Source: Candidatus Melainabacteria bacterium 17Bon1m (lineage in GTDB: Bacteria > Cyanobacteriota > Vampirovibrionia > Obscuribacterales > Obscuribacteraceae). Taken from it: a stretch of 64,000 nucleotides of DNA. The stretch covers positions 96,001-160,000 of the forward strand of contig JAVLKG010000001.1 in the NCBI GenBank assembly GCA_032128875.1, written 5' to 3'. The notes below the pieces were generated by a model. That model saw nothing but the letters and a program-made list of their open reading frames with translations, was not told the DNA's origin and did not search any database. Shown one piece after another: positions 1-10,503 of the stretch (position 1 is its first letter; every line of letters starts with the position of its first letter). The translations under genes were made by a program, and so were the position numbers.

Positions 1-2
1 AT

Positions 3-887
3 GCCGGAGTCAATTTCTTCGACACTGCTGACATTTATTCGCGCGGTGCGTCGGAGGAAATTCTCGGTAAGGCGATCCAAGGAAAGCGTGACCGCTTGCT
101 GATTTCGACCAAAGCAACTTTCAGAATGGCCGATGGTCCAAACGATCTCGGCTCTTCGCGCCACCATTTGATCAAAGCTTGTGATGCGAGTTTGAAACGT
201 CTCGGAACTGATTACATCGATCTCTATCACATGCATGGATTCGATGCTCTGACGCCAGTCGAAGAGGTTTTATCCACTCTGGAAACACTTGTGCAAAGCG
301 GAAAAGTTCGATACATCGGATGTTCGAATTTCTCGGGATGGCATCTCATGAAGTCACTTGATGTGTCTGAGAAATATGGCTGGTCCAGATATGTTTCGCA
401 TCAAGCGTACTATTCGCTGATTGGCAGAGAGTTTGAGTGGGAGTTGATGCCCTTGGCACTTGATCAACAGGTCGGCACGATGGTTTGGAGTCCGCTAGGA
501 TGGGGGCGACTCACCGGCAAGATTCGCAGAAATGCGCCACTGCCGGAAGTTAGTCGTTTGCACAAAACCGCTGATTTCGGCCCACCCGTCAACAATGAAT
601 ATCTCTATGATGTGGTCGACGTGCTCGATGAGATTGCAAATGAAACCGGCAAGACAGTGCCGCAGATTGCTCTCAATTGGCTTTTGCAGAGACCGTCGGT
701 GGCAAACGTTGTAATTGGCGCACGTAACGAAGAACAGTTGAAGCAAAATCTCGGCGCTGTTGGTTGGAAATTGAGCGAGGACCAGATTGCGCGCCTGGAC
801 GCGGTGAGCGAGCCGACGCCAGCGTACCCATACTGGCACCAACGTCAATTCGTCGAGCGCAATCCGCTTCCGGTAGCAGTTAAATAA
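3..887 (+). CDS. Aldo/keto reductase (5'-truncated at window edge)
   Basis: Frame is open from position 3 (AGVNFFDTADIYSRGASEEILG...LISTK). AKR motifs DTADIY, SLKRLGTDYIDLY, GKVRYIGCSN, WSPLGWG. Confidence 0.92.
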   Translation, partial: AGVNFFDTADIYSRGASEEILGKAIQGKRDRLLISTKATFRMADGPNDLGSSRHHLIKACDASLKRLGTDYIDLYHMHGFDALTPVEEVLSTLETLVQSGKVRYIGCSNFSGWHLMKSLDVSEKYGWSRYVSHQAYYSLIGREFEWELMPLALDQQVGTMVWSPLGWGRLTGKIRRNAPLPEVSRLHKTADFGPPVNNEYLYDVVDVLDEIANETGKTVPQIALNWLLQRPSVANVVIGARNEEQLKQNLGAVGWKLSEDQIARLDAVSEPTPAYPYWHQRQFVERNPLPVAVK

Positions 888-921
888 CCCGACGAAACCA
901 TACGTTGGTCAAAAGTTACTG

Positions 922-945
922 GCTGCCACCAAATATGGTGGCAGC
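922..945. terminator. Hairpin downstream of the AKR gene, probable terminator
   Basis: GCTGCCACCA-AATA-TGGTGGCAGC, perfect 10-bp stem; U-tract is weak. Confidence 0.5.
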
Positions 946-1057
946 TTGTGTCAAGCGCTGGAAAGCGCCAGCCCGTGGGCTTCTGTTCGGAAACCCGCAG
1001 TAGTTGGCGCTTTTGAAATGCTTGACAAGGGTTTGGCGCCGTGGTTTAGTTGAAGAA

Positions 1058-1316
1058 TGCAAGTGAGACCTGCGTGGGTCGCTTAACCCTATATGCCGCC
1101 GCTATATCTGTTGCGGTGGGTCATTTTTGGTTCTCATTTGTACAGTAAAACTCAGCAGACAAAATCACGTATCACTCTCGGAGCTACTTGATGATCAAGA
1201 GTTTTTCAACCTTAAAACTTCGACTGGCCGAGGAAAGAGGGCCGCCTGTCTAGGTTTTAACCACCATCAAATAATTACATCGTAAGAGAGAGCAGCCGGA
1301 TCCAACTGCTCTCTCT
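1058..1316 (+). other. Candidate structured sRNA and/or 20-aa sORF (1191-1253) between convergent genes
   Basis: TTGACA(1022)-17 nt-TTTAGT(1045). Stems 1058-68/1132-42, 1212-20/1252-60 and 1285-95/1306-16. GGAG precedes ATG 1191, giving MIKSFSTLKLRLAEERGPPV*. Confidence 0.35.
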
Positions 1317-1417
1317 GCGTACTTTAAGGGCTTTTCTGCGATCCCTGGATTCATGCCGAGCTGTCATTGTGGAATCCCTTCTGGACTCCCTTGCAGACTC
1401 CTGACTCTTCGCTCAAC

Positions 1418-2440
1418 TTACTTACTAATCGGTTGCTCAATCTTGTGTTTGAAGACTTTTAGCAGAAAATAGAAAGACGGAAACAACAGCACCGCCCCGG
1501 ATGCGATCGCGCCGAGTAGAAGTGTTTGCGTCGAAGCGGCACCCTGTGCGTTGTTGATGGTCATTTCAGGGCGGATCATATAGGGGTACTGTGCAAGACC
1601 CCAGCCCCAGAGGATGAGCGTTACTTGCCCTGCAGCAAAAAATCTAGCAGGGTGAAACTTGCGTTGGAATAAAGCTATTAATGAGGAGATTGCGCAAACA
1701 GCGGTTGCGGCTTGCAGCAAAATGCTCCACGAACTGTTCGCTAGAGATTCTCTGAGTCCTGGCGCAGAACCTTCTGCAAGGACAAACACCAAGAGTGCAA
1801 GCATCGCGCAAGCCAACTGCGCTCCGACAGCACGCTTTTGAAAGTCAGTTCGCAATTCATCGGTGGGCGCATATACAGTCGAATAGACAGCCGCAAGAAA
1901 CGAGAATAAGGCGAGCGCGAATCCACCTACGGCAAAACAAAACGGAGTGCACCACGGGGCGATATATACCTCTGCGAATGTCTTACCTGTAATGTCAGCG
2001 GAGATTTTTCCTTGAGAAATTGCACCCACCGATATTCCAAGCAGAACCGGCGTAATCAGGCTTGCAACTGCGAATATGCGTCCCCAGCGCCTTTGTACGT
2101 GGTCTTTGTGGCTGTCGTATTTGCGGAAAGTGAAAGCGGTACCTCTGGCGATAATGCCCAAGAGCAGCAGCGTCAGTGGTACGTGCAAAGATATTGAAAG
2201 CAAAGAGAAGGCTGCAGGAAACGCAGAGAAAAGTATCACAACCACAAGTATGAGCCAGACGTGATTGGCTTCCCAAATCGGACCAATTGCACCTGCAATC
2301 AAGTCACGCTGCTCTTGAGCGCGTTTCCCAACCGCAAAAAGATCCCAGACGCCACCGCCATAATCGGCACCACCCATGAGGGCATAGAGATTGAGGGCGA
2401 TCATCATAACTATCGCCAAATAGAGAGCAGCATCAGGCAT
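1418..2440 (-). CDS. cydB: Cytochrome bd ubiquinol oxidase subunit II
   Basis: GGADYGGG and IGPIWEANHVWLI motifs; polytopic membrane protein overlapping the cydA stop. Confidence 0.95.
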   Translation of the reverse strand: MPDAALYLAIVMMIALNLYALMGGADYGGGVWDLFAVGKRAQEQRDLIAGAIGPIWEANHVWLILVVVILFSAFPAAFSLLSISLHVPLTLLLLGIIARGTAFTFRKYDSHKDHVQRRWGRIFAVASLITPVLLGISVGAISQGKISADITGKTFAEVYIAPWCTPFCFAVGGFALALFSFLAAVYSTVYAPTDELRTDFQKRAVGAQLACAMLALLVFVLAEGSAPGLRESLANSSWSILLQAATAVCAISSLIALFQRKFHPARFFAAGQVTLILWGWGLAQYPYMIRPEMTINNAQGAASTQTLLLGAIASGAVLLFPSFYFLLKVFKHKIEQPISK

Positions 2441-3752
2441 GATCGCTCTCCTTCACCGGATCTAGACTGTGAGAAAACTCTCTGAAGAGTAATGCAACGA
2501 CAATCACTGCCAGCGCTATATATACGAACAAGAATGTTGTGAAAGGCAGCCATAGCCCAGGCATAGGCGTGACAGCGTGGCTGGTCCTCAGCACCCCGTG
2601 TATTACCCAGGGCTGTCGACCAAGCTCAGTAACCATCCAGCCTGATTCAATTGCTAAAAGTCCCAGCGGACTGATGCAAACTAGCGTTTTGAGAAAAACA
2701 GTTGAATCCGGTAGTTTCTTTGTCTTCGCATACAACGCGCCTGCCCAGAGTGACACCAAGCCCATAATGACACCGCATGCAACCATGATCTGGAAGTTCA
2801 GATGAACAAGCAGCACCGGCGGCCAAACATCTCTCGGGAAATCGTTGAGACCTTTCACTTCTGCGTCCAATTCGTGAAACGCGAGTACGCTGAGCATCTT
2901 CGGTAATTCTATTGAAAAAGGCGTTTCCCTTTTGTCAACATCAGGTAGACCTCCGATACGAAGCGGTGCACCGCGCATGGTGTCGAATTGTCCTTCGAGC
3001 GCAGCCAACTTGATTGGTTGAGTATGCGCTACCATCTGCGCCAAGATGTCGCCGCTCAACGGCTCAGCGAGCGCCATTGTGCATCCCAAAGCCAGGCAAA
3101 TGCCCAGGGCGCGCCGGTGAAAAACATTCTGCTTATCGCGCAACAATAGAAATGCATGCACGCCTGCCGCCAACAATCCGATCGCTGCATATGCAGCAAT
3201 CAGCATGTGTAAAACCTGTGGGAATGCTGCTGGACTGGTCATCGCCATAATCGGATCAATCTCTGTCGCGACATTGCCGACAAGCTTGAATCCTACCGGC
3301 GCATTCATCCATGCATTAGCGATGACAACAAAAACCGCCGACAATGCACCGCTCAATGCGACTATGCATCCGGAAAGCAAGTGCATCGACTTGCTTACTT
3401 TATCCCAGCCGTACAGGTAAATCCCGAGAAAGATAGCTTCTGTGAAAAACGCATATCCTTCTAACGCAAAAGGCAGACCGATGATTGAGCCTGCCCATTT
3501 CATAAACTCCGGCCATAACAGCCCTAGTTCGAAAGAAAGTACCGTGCCTGATACCGCTCCCACGGCAAACAAAACAGCCGTGCCACGCGCCCAGCGTTTG
3601 GTAATCGATTTATAAATCTCGTCGCCGGTCTTCAGCCATAAAGCTTCGGCTATAACCATCATTAAGGGCAAGGCAATGCCTGCCACGGCAAAAATGATGT
3701 GGAATGCCAAAGAGAAGCCCATCTGGGCTCGCGCAAAAATCAGGTCACTCAC
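2433..3752 (-). CDS. cydA: Cytochrome bd ubiquinol oxidase subunit I (short Q-loop type)
   Basis: ARAQMGFSLAFHIIF, QPIKLAALEG and GWMVTELGRQPW motifs. Confidence 0.96.
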   Translation of the reverse strand: MSDLIFARAQMGFSLAFHIIFAVAGIALPLMMVIAEALWLKTGDEIYKSITKRWARGTAVLFAVGAVSGTVLSFELGLLWPEFMKWAGSIIGLPFALEGYAFFTEAIFLGIYLYGWDKVSKSMHLLSGCIVALSGALSAVFVVIANAWMNAPVGFKLVGNVATEIDPIMAMTSPAAFPQVLHMLIAAYAAIGLLAAGVHAFLLLRDKQNVFHRRALGICLALGCTMALAEPLSGDILAQMVAHTQPIKLAALEGQFDTMRGAPLRIGGLPDVDKRETPFSIELPKMLSVLAFHELDAEVKGLNDFPRDVWPPVLLVHLNFQIMVACGVIMGLVSLWAGALYAKTKKLPDSTVFLKTLVCISPLGLLAIESGWMVTELGRQPWVIHGVLRTSHAVTPMPGLWLPFTTFLFVYIALAVIVVALLFREFSHSLDPVKESDHA

Positions 3753-3925
3753 CCTTCGTCACCTCCTTTTTTTCAAGGAGACCTCATTGCGGGTTTGATC
3801 GTGTCAATAGTAGACCTAATTCAATCAGCAATGTTAAAAGGTTGCGAATGATGAATTGCAAAGCGAGCGCCGGAAGAGAAAAACTGAGAAGGACACACAG
3901 CGAAGGAAACTGGCGAATAATTGAA

Positions 3926-4882
3926 TCACTCTGAGCCGTCTATAGCGTGGCGAATTTCAGCAAGTGGTGCTCGGTCGTCGAATGCTACTGTTTCGCCTGA
4001 TTTGACGACTCCAAGTTTGCGCAAATAAGCCGGCACATCGATACTGACGGGCTGCTCACCCATTTTTGTATACAGCGGCTGTAAAACACTGATTCCAAGT
4101 CCTTTATCGCCCGCTTGCACTGCCTCTTCAGCGTCCCAATTCGAGGCTGCAGTTCCGCCCTGTTTTGCGATAGACCGTAAGGCGTCTTCCAGTCCGACGC
4201 GATTGTTGGTTCGTTGCCTGATCTCAACATCAGCAAGAAGGCAATAGAGCGCACCACCCCAATAAATGCGGTCGAAGTTGCGTGCTGAGCGCAAACCACC
4301 CTCTCCTTGGCGCGGCAAGCCTTTGGGAAGATTGGTCAGCAGGTCGCCCCAGACTTCTTCGGGGGAAAGATTGCCGATGCGCATTCTTCCAATTGGCTCT
4401 ACATAAGTTGCAATTCCTTCTGAGAGCCATCGTTTGTGGTGGCTCACAACGGGAAAGGCTAGATGCATCAGCTCATGTGTGAGAGTCCAGCTGCTTCTCA
4501 AATTGCGCCTGGTCGTGTTTTCTCCGATGTTGATCGTGACGACGCCGTAGTCCTCATCGTCATCATAGGTAGATGTGCCAAAGCCTATACCGTCATCGTC
4601 ACTCGGGACGAAATTTATCACGGTCTTGTGTATAGGAAAAGTACCGTAGTATGCCGTAACTGCTTTAGCTGCGTCGCGGACGTAAACGGCCAGATCGGCT
4701 TTACTGACTGAAAGTGGACCGTCTTCCACGTTAAAGAAGATTTGCGAGTTGCCCACGGTGATCATTTGCTGGGATTCTTTGCCGCTGCTTGATTCTGTTG
4801 GTTGCCCAGCAAACTGCGAAACAACCAACGCCAAGAAGAGCATCCCCGTCTGCAGATTTTGCGCCAATCTGGATGTTTTCAT
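3926..4882 (-). CDS. Secreted zinc metallopeptidase-like protein (gluzincin/M61-like)
   Basis: HELMH followed by WLSEGIATY. Start moved to ATG 4882, which gives a signal-peptide-like N-terminus. Confidence 0.7.
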   Translation of the reverse strand: MKTSRLAQNLQTGMLFLALVVSQFAGQPTESSSGKESQQMITVGNSQIFFNVEDGPLSVSKADLAVYVRDAAKAVTAYYGTFPIHKTVINFVPSDDDGIGFGTSTYDDDEDYGVVTINIGENTTRRNLRSSWTLTHELMHLAFPVVSHHKRWLSEGIATYVEPIGRMRIGNLSPEEVWGDLLTNLPKGLPRQGEGGLRSARNFDRIYWGGALYCLLADVEIRQRTNNRVGLEDALRSIAKQGGTAASNWDAEEAVQAGDKGLGISVLQPLYTKMGEQPVSIDVPAYLRKLGVVKSGETVAFDDRAPLAEIRHAIDGSE

Positions 4883-5037
4883 GCCAGCACTCGAGTGTTT
4901 TATGCAAGGAAAAATGACGGTCTGTTTGTCGCCAGGGTTCCTGTTGTTTTTACTATTGCATGAAAATAGCTTTCGCATGAAATTGCTGCCTCTGAATGAT
5001 TGGATTCGACTCAAGGGGTGCAATTGCTTGGGCTGTT

Positions 5038-6138
5038 TTAGCCTTGACGTTTTTCTAGCATGCGATAACGCGAGGTGTCACCTTCCGCTGATAGTTCTTT
5101 TCTTTGTCTCTCAAACAGATAGTGAGATACGGTCCACTCTGTGCCGTTTTTGTAGCCCCAGAGTTCTGCACATGCAAGAAAGAAAAGTTTCCAAAACGCC
5201 CACCACTGTTGAGCATTATCCGCTCCATAGGTTTGCGACATAATTTCCATCACTTCTTTGCGCTTGCCTTTCATCGTTTTCAACCAGGCTTCTGCCGTCT
5301 TCTGGTAATGGGTGCCGGGCACAGACCACTGTTCAACGATGCGAACGTCATCTTGGAAGTAGAGAAGCAAATCCTCAGAAGGCATTGTGCCTCCCTCGAA
5401 AAAATTACGTGTCAGCCAATCTGTCCCGTCGTTGTCTTCGTAGTGGTATGCGAAGTGTTTGTGAGTGAAGATATGAATAAACAATTTGCCGTCAGGTCGA
5501 AGCCAACGGCTGACTTTAGCTAGCATCGCTTGGTAGTTTTTCAAATGTTCGAACATTTCCACTGACACGATTCTGTCGAATTCGAGCTCGGTATCAAAAT
5601 TGGCAATATTCGCTGTGACTACGGTCACATTGCGTAGCCCACGTCTTTTCACTTCTGAGTCGATAAACTCTTTCTGAGTCGCTGAATTGGAAAGCGCGAC
5701 AATATTCGAATTTTTGAACTTCTCTGCCAAAAAAATTGATAACGAGCCCCAACCACAACCGAGATCCATCACTGTTTGTCCATCTCTCAAGTCGGCTCGT
5801 TGGCAATACTTTTCGAGCATGTTTATCTCAGCCTGCGCAAGGCTTTTTGTATCCTCCAGCCAAAGCGCAGAACTGTATTTCAGGCGTGGTCCTAAAACCA
5901 ACTGGAAAAAACTAGCCGGTACTTCGTAATGCTGTCGGTTGGCTGAATCCGTATGAATGGCGATGGGGCTGCGCTTCAATTCTTTGACGAAATCCATAAC
6001 AGCTTTCTTCTGCAACTCGGTAGTTGGCCTGGATTCAGTGCGCAGTTTTTGAGCCAGCATCTTTCGTATTCCAGCTCTGATAATCCACTCAGGTACTCTG
6101 TCTGTGGCTATTACCTTATACATCCAATCAGTCGACAT
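5038..6138 (-). CDS. SAM-dependent methyltransferase, cyclopropane-fatty-acyl synthase-like
   Basis: ANRQHYEVP, DLGCGWGS and SVEMFEH motifs. Confidence 0.9.
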   Translation of the reverse strand: MSTDWMYKVIATDRVPEWIIRAGIRKMLAQKLRTESRPTTELQKKAVMDFVKELKRSPIAIHTDSANRQHYEVPASFFQLVLGPRLKYSSALWLEDTKSLAQAEINMLEKYCQRADLRDGQTVMDLGCGWGSLSIFLAEKFKNSNIVALSNSATQKEFIDSEVKRRGLRNVTVVTANIANFDTELEFDRIVSVEMFEHLKNYQAMLAKVSRWLRPDGKLFIHIFTHKHFAYHYEDNDGTDWLTRNFFEGGTMPSEDLLLYFQDDVRIVEQWSVPGTHYQKTAEAWLKTMKGKRKEVMEIMSQTYGADNAQQWWAFWKLFFLACAELWGYKNGTEWTVSHYLFERQRKELSAEGDTSRYRMLEKRQG

Positions 6139-6156
6139 TGACCTTATCTCCTGTCA

Positions 6157-6960
6157 TTAACGGCTAGGCGATTTTTTAAACCAAGGAAAAAATGCACTCG
6201 TAGTTTGTTGATATTGGCGATATTCTTCGCCGCGAGATTTCAGCGATTGCTCTTCTGTGATTTTGATACCCGTCATCTTTGTCAGGAAAAACAGCATCAG
6301 CAGTGGACAGTAGACAGTGTAAGGACCGAGCGGAGCGGGTGATGCCAATACGAATATCCCAACCCAGACGACAAATTCGAAAAAATAATTGGGATGTCGG
6401 CTGTAATTCCAAAACCCCTGCGAGCAAACTTTGCCTTTATTTTCCGGTCGTAACTTAAATCTGCGTAGCTGCTCATCGGCTATAGATTCTCCGATTGTTC
6501 CTACCAGGCAAATCGCTGCACCAACAACTTCGACGATGCGAAGGTTCGAGTATCCATCTGAAGCTGCGACGAGGAATGGCGGTGACAAAATTGTGATTAA
6601 GGCACCCTGAAAGAGAAAGACCAAGTACATCATTATGTCCGCTCGTTCACCCCACTCGGTGCGCAACGCCGCGTAACGAGAGTCTTCATGGGGATGTTCT
6701 TTAGCAACGCGGCGAAAAAGGTGGTACGTGAGTCGAAAGCTCCAGGGTATGACGGCAGTCAGCAACAAAATTTTTCTTTCGGAAAAACCTTGAGAGGTCA
6801 TCGCGAAAGCAATTGAGATCAGACCAAAACTCGCAGCCCAGAATACATCAATGATGCCTGCGTTTTTGATTGCTTTGCTGAAGAAAAACAGCCCAGTCAG
6901 CGCCGTTGACACGACACCCAGCAGTATCAATTCCTTCATTGCTAGTTCTGCAAACGTCAT
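6157..6960 (-). CDS. DUF1295 / steroid 5-alpha-reductase-like membrane protein
   Basis: IDVFW, EDSRY and WNYSRHPNYFFE motifs. Confidence 0.88.
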   Translation of the reverse strand: MTFAELAMKELILLGVVSTALTGLFFFSKAIKNAGIIDVFWAASFGLISIAFAMTSQGFSERKILLLTAVIPWSFRLTYHLFRRVAKEHPHEDSRYAALRTEWGERADIMMYLVFLFQGALITILSPPFLVAASDGYSNLRIVEVVGAAICLVGTIGESIADEQLRRFKLRPENKGKVCSQGFWNYSRHPNYFFEFVVWVGIFVLASPAPLGPYTVYCPLLMLFFLTKMTGIKITEEQSLKSRGEEYRQYQQTTSAFFPWFKKSPSR

Positions 6961-6983
6961 TTCACACCAAGTGTAGGAAAACT

Positions 6984-8306
6984 CTAAATTCTCTGCTCAG
7001 CAATCGAAAGATTATTTGGTCTGGTATAAACTGCTTGAACTGCTGATATGTTTCGCATTGCAAAAGCAGCGCTGCAGTATTTGAAGTAATAGTTCCATTT
7101 GCGGATGAAGCGCTCATCAAATCCGAGGGCTCTCACGTCATCCTGTTTTTTGTTGAAATTCTCGTGCCAAATGTCTAAAGTTTTGGCATAACTCAGTCCA
7201 ATATCTTCAAGCTCAAATAGATTTAGAGAACCGGTTCTATTCAATGCTTCCGTTACTCTGCCTATAGATGGAAGCAGCGAACCAGGAAAGATGTATTTCT
7301 GTATGAAGTCCACGTTGTCCCGCAAAATCTTGTATCGACTGTCCGGGCAGGTAATCATCTGTAGACCCACCAATCCATGGGGTTTTAGAAGTCGATTGAT
7401 AGACGCGAAATACGTTTCCATAAATTTGTCGCCCACAGCTTCGATCATTTCAACCGAAGCGATCTTGTCGAAGATGCCTTCCATGTATCTGTAGTCGCAA
7501 AACTGAATTTCGATTTGAGATGAAAGTCCGGACTCTTCGATTTTTTCTTTGGCGTAAGCGAACTGTTGCTCCGAAATTGTAATTGTCGTTACACGACAGC
7601 CGTATTTCTTGGCTGCGTGGATTGCCAGTGTTCCCCACCCGCTGCCGATTTCGAGAAGATGGTCTGATGGCGTCAATTTCAATTTCTGGCACATCGAATC
7701 AATCTTTTCCATTTGTGCTTCTTCAAGAGGCATATCCGACCGCGTGAATTTTGCGCTCGAATATGTCATCGTTGGGTCGAGGAAAAGTGCAAATAGCTCA
7801 TTGCTCAAGTCGTAGTGCGCGCTGATGTTTTTCCTGCTACCTGTAATACTGTTATCTCTTAACAGGTGCGTCGCGCGGTTGAGCCAGCCGAGCGAATTCA
7901 TAAACATCTTCTTGCCCGCAGAGCCTTCAAAAACTGTTGAATCTTCAAGGTTCAAAATGAACCATGAAATTACCGATTTGATATCCGGAGTGTCCCAGTC
8001 CCCGTCCATGTACGACTCGGCGAAACCGATGTGACTGTATAGAAGACACTTATCGAAGAAATCATGGTTGTGAATAAATATCTGGGCCGAGACGTGCTTG
8101 TCCTCTTGGCCGATGGTCACTCTTAAACCATCCGCGCATTTAATCTCCATTCGCCCGCGGCGCATTTCCTTCAACGCGGAGAGCACCAAATCACGGCTGA
8201 GTTTTTGTCTTCCCTTTGGTGGTGCAATAACAGGGCGCTCCAGCGCACATTCACGGACTTGCTCAGATGTCGCTTGTGACGATTGAGATTTCGTGGCAGA
8301 ACTCAT
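6984..8306 (-). CDS. cfa: Cyclopropane-fatty-acyl-phospholipid synthase family methyltransferase
   Basis: NISAHYDLSNELF, LEIGSGWG, SVEMIEAVG and DFIQKYIFPG motifs. Confidence 0.92.
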   Translation of the reverse strand: MSSATKSQSSQATSEQVRECALERPVIAPPKGRQKLSRDLVLSALKEMRRGRMEIKCADGLRVTIGQEDKHVSAQIFIHNHDFFDKCLLYSHIGFAESYMDGDWDTPDIKSVISWFILNLEDSTVFEGSAGKKMFMNSLGWLNRATHLLRDNSITGSRKNISAHYDLSNELFALFLDPTMTYSSAKFTRSDMPLEEAQMEKIDSMCQKLKLTPSDHLLEIGSGWGTLAIHAAKKYGCRVTTITISEQQFAYAKEKIEESGLSSQIEIQFCDYRYMEGIFDKIASVEMIEAVGDKFMETYFASINRLLKPHGLVGLQMITCPDSRYKILRDNVDFIQKYIFPGSLLPSIGRVTEALNRTGSLNLFELEDIGLSYAKTLDIWHENFNKKQDDVRALGFDERFIRKWNYYFKYCSAAFAMRNISAVQAVYTRPNNLSIAEQRI

Positions 8307-9235
8307 TGGACTGCTCCTTTGTATGTATGTGCGGTCAATTTTTCATTTGCATCGGCAGACTCGTTAGTTTTATCTTTCAGTGAGCGATGAGGATTGAGTA
8401 AAGCGGTCTGAGCAGCGACTTTCTCTTCTTTCATAAAGAATGGTACTTTCTTCATCCACAACAGCAACGCATGAAAGTGGATAAGTCCGATGACACCAAA
8501 TGTGATGAATGGATATCTTAAGGAGCATAAAAGAAGATTGGTGTCGCTTAGCTCTAGTCTGCTGCCCTTGAGGCTGCTGACCAATGTTGTCGCACCAATC
8601 ATTAAAGGGTTAGGACCCGTATTTGAATTTCCCTGAATTTGAGCTGAACCAAATTTTGTATTGATGTGAATTTCGATTTGTTCGTCAGGGCTGCTGCATA
8701 TGAATTCAAAGTAGTCGTCCACCTGGCTGAAGGGTGAGACATAGAATTCTTTTGGCGCGGTCAGCCTGAAGGTCGCCTTTCCTGTCTTATCATCTGATGC
8801 TCGCGGTAGAAGAAAGGGTTTGCGCTCCAAGAATGTGTTTCCGACTTCTGCCACCGCTAGCAGTGGCTCGCCCGATTTGTCGTATACGAAGTAAATCGAT
8901 ACGGGGTTAAAAACATATCCCAAGAATCTTAAGTTTGTGAGAAGCAAAACGCGTCCGAGCTCTTGAGCGAAGCCCTTTTCCAACAGGAAAGCAGCGAGCT
9001 TTTCTTTAGTCGCTACGGGCGTTACGGCAAAGTGGTCTTCGTCATTAAGCTGGTAAATTGCACGCCTGTTTATTTTCGCAAGTTTTAATCGCCGATTGAT
9101 TTCTTCTGCTTCGTCGAGATCGACCATGAACATGAAGAGGCCATATTCAAAACTATGCCTTTTCGGTAGCAGCCGCTGGTGGCTTACATTTACTCGGTAA
9201 ATACAAGAATTAAGCGTGCTTGCATCCGTCAACAT
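8303..9235 (-). CDS. DUF1365 family protein
   Basis: HQRLLPKRHSF, GYVFNPVSIY, EVGNTF and KEFYVSPF motifs. Start set at ATG 9235, which overlaps the upstream stop (ATGTTGA). Confidence 0.88.
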   Translation of the reverse strand: MLTDASTLNSCIYRVNVSHQRLLPKRHSFEYGLFMFMVDLDEAEEINRRLKLAKINRRAIYQLNDEDHFAVTPVATKEKLAAFLLEKGFAQELGRVLLLTNLRFLGYVFNPVSIYFVYDKSGEPLLAVAEVGNTFLERKPFLLPRASDDKTGKATFRLTAPKEFYVSPFSQVDDYFEFICSSPDEQIEIHINTKFGSAQIQGNSNTGPNPLMIGATTLVSSLKGSRLELSDTNLLLCSLRYPFITFGVIGLIHFHALLLWMKKVPFFMKEEKVAAQTALLNPHRSLKDKTNESADANEKLTAHTYKGAVQ

Positions 9236-10503
9236 ACCGGTGCTACCTCTCTTTTGAGCTGGCGGCATAGAGTGAGTGCAGATGTGAATGCATCTTCGTG
9301 AAAGCCGTATTTGAAGTAGCTGCCGCAGAATAAAAGCTGTTGACCTGGCTGATTGTTTAGTTCTTGCAGTCGGGCTTGTGCAGCAATCGAGTCGAGCGTA
9401 TAAGTAGGATGCTTGTACTTGATCTGTTTGATAATTTTGCTTGGGTCTATGATTGCATCTGAGTTCAATGAGACAAAATAATCGCGCTTCTGAGAAACAC
9501 CTTGCAGTCTGTTCATCCAATAGTGCGTTGTTGGTGGTGCATTGTCATCTACTGTTTTGCCGAATCGATAATTCCACGCCGCCCAACATCGCTTCGTTTT
9601 TGGCATAACTGATGTGTCTGAGTGTAGCGTTGCATCGTTGGTTTGATAGGAGAATTCCTTCAACAATTCAATTTCTAGTGCGGTAGGTCTGTCGATCAAT
9701 TCCAGAGATTCATCTGCATGAGAGGCTAGAATCACTTGATCGAAGAACTCTTTACCGTGCGGTGTTGTCACACATATTGAGCTGTTTGTTCGTTCGATTT
9801 GAAGGACCGGAGAGTTCAATCTGATGCGATCTGAGAATGGCGCAATCAGTTTTTTCACATACTCTCTCGACCCGTTTACCACCGTAAACCACTTAAGATG
9901 ACCATTCAGACCTGAGTTGAACCGGTGATTGTGAAAGAATCTCAGCAATGTGGAGACTGGAAACGATTTTGTCGCTGATGGCGGCATCGACCAGATTGCC
10001 GATGCCATCGGGACGAGGTACATGTCTAGCAAGACGTCGCCAAAGGTGCGGTAGCGGACGTATTCTGCTACTGTCAGAGCCTGGACGCTTTCGTTGCTAA
10101 CGTCTGCCTCTGCTTGTGTGTTAAACCGATTTAGATCGAGCATTAGTTTCCAAAAACGAGGAGAGACAAGATTTTTTCTCTGTCCAAAAACCTGATTGAT
10201 ACTAGAACCGCACCACTCGATGTTGTGCGCGTGACTTTGAACGCTTATCGACATGTCCGTAGGTTTTGTGTCTACATTTAGAGATTGGAACAATCTGGTC
10301 AGATTTGGATAGGTCTCATGGTTAAAGACCATGAAACCTGTGTCGATGGCGATAGTTTGTCCATCCTCATTGGCATCCACGGTGTTGGTATGTCCACCCA
10401 CGTAGGAATTCTTCTCGAAAATTGTCAGGTCATAATCCTTGTGCAGATTATGAGCGCAGCCGAGTCCGGCTATTCCAGTTCCTACAATGGCGAGACGCTT
10501 CAT
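9229..10503 (-). CDS. FAD-dependent oxidoreductase (amine-oxidase family, cfa-operon associated)
   Basis: GTGIAG Rossmann motif, GGHTNT, DTGFMVFN and GFHEDA. Confidence 0.9.
   Translation of the reverse strand: MKRLAIVGTGIAGLGCAHNLHKDYDLTIFEKNSYVGGHTNTVDANEDGQTIAIDTGFMVFNHETYPNLTRLFQSLNVDTKPTDMSISVQSHAHNIEWCGSSINQVFGQRKNLVSPRFWKLMLDLNRFNTQAEADVSNESVQALTVAEYVRYRTFGDVLLDMYLVPMASAIWSMPPSATKSFPVSTLLRFFHNHRFNSGLNGHLKWFTVVNGSREYVKKLIAPFSDRIRLNSPVLQIERTNSSICVTTPHGKEFFDQVILASHADESLELIDRPTALEIELLKEFSYQTNDATLHSDTSVMPKTKRCWAAWNYRFGKTVDDNAPPTTHYWMNRLQGVSQKRDYFVSLNSDAIIDPSKIIKQIKYKHPTYTLDSIAAQARLQELNNQPGQQLLFCGSYFKYGFHEDAFTSALTLCRQLKREVAPVC

Noticed and set aside
9236-9520. N-terminal extension of the DUF1365 ORF
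   Set aside because: It overlaps the FAD oxidoreductase in another frame; ATG 9235 is translationally coupled to that gene's stop.
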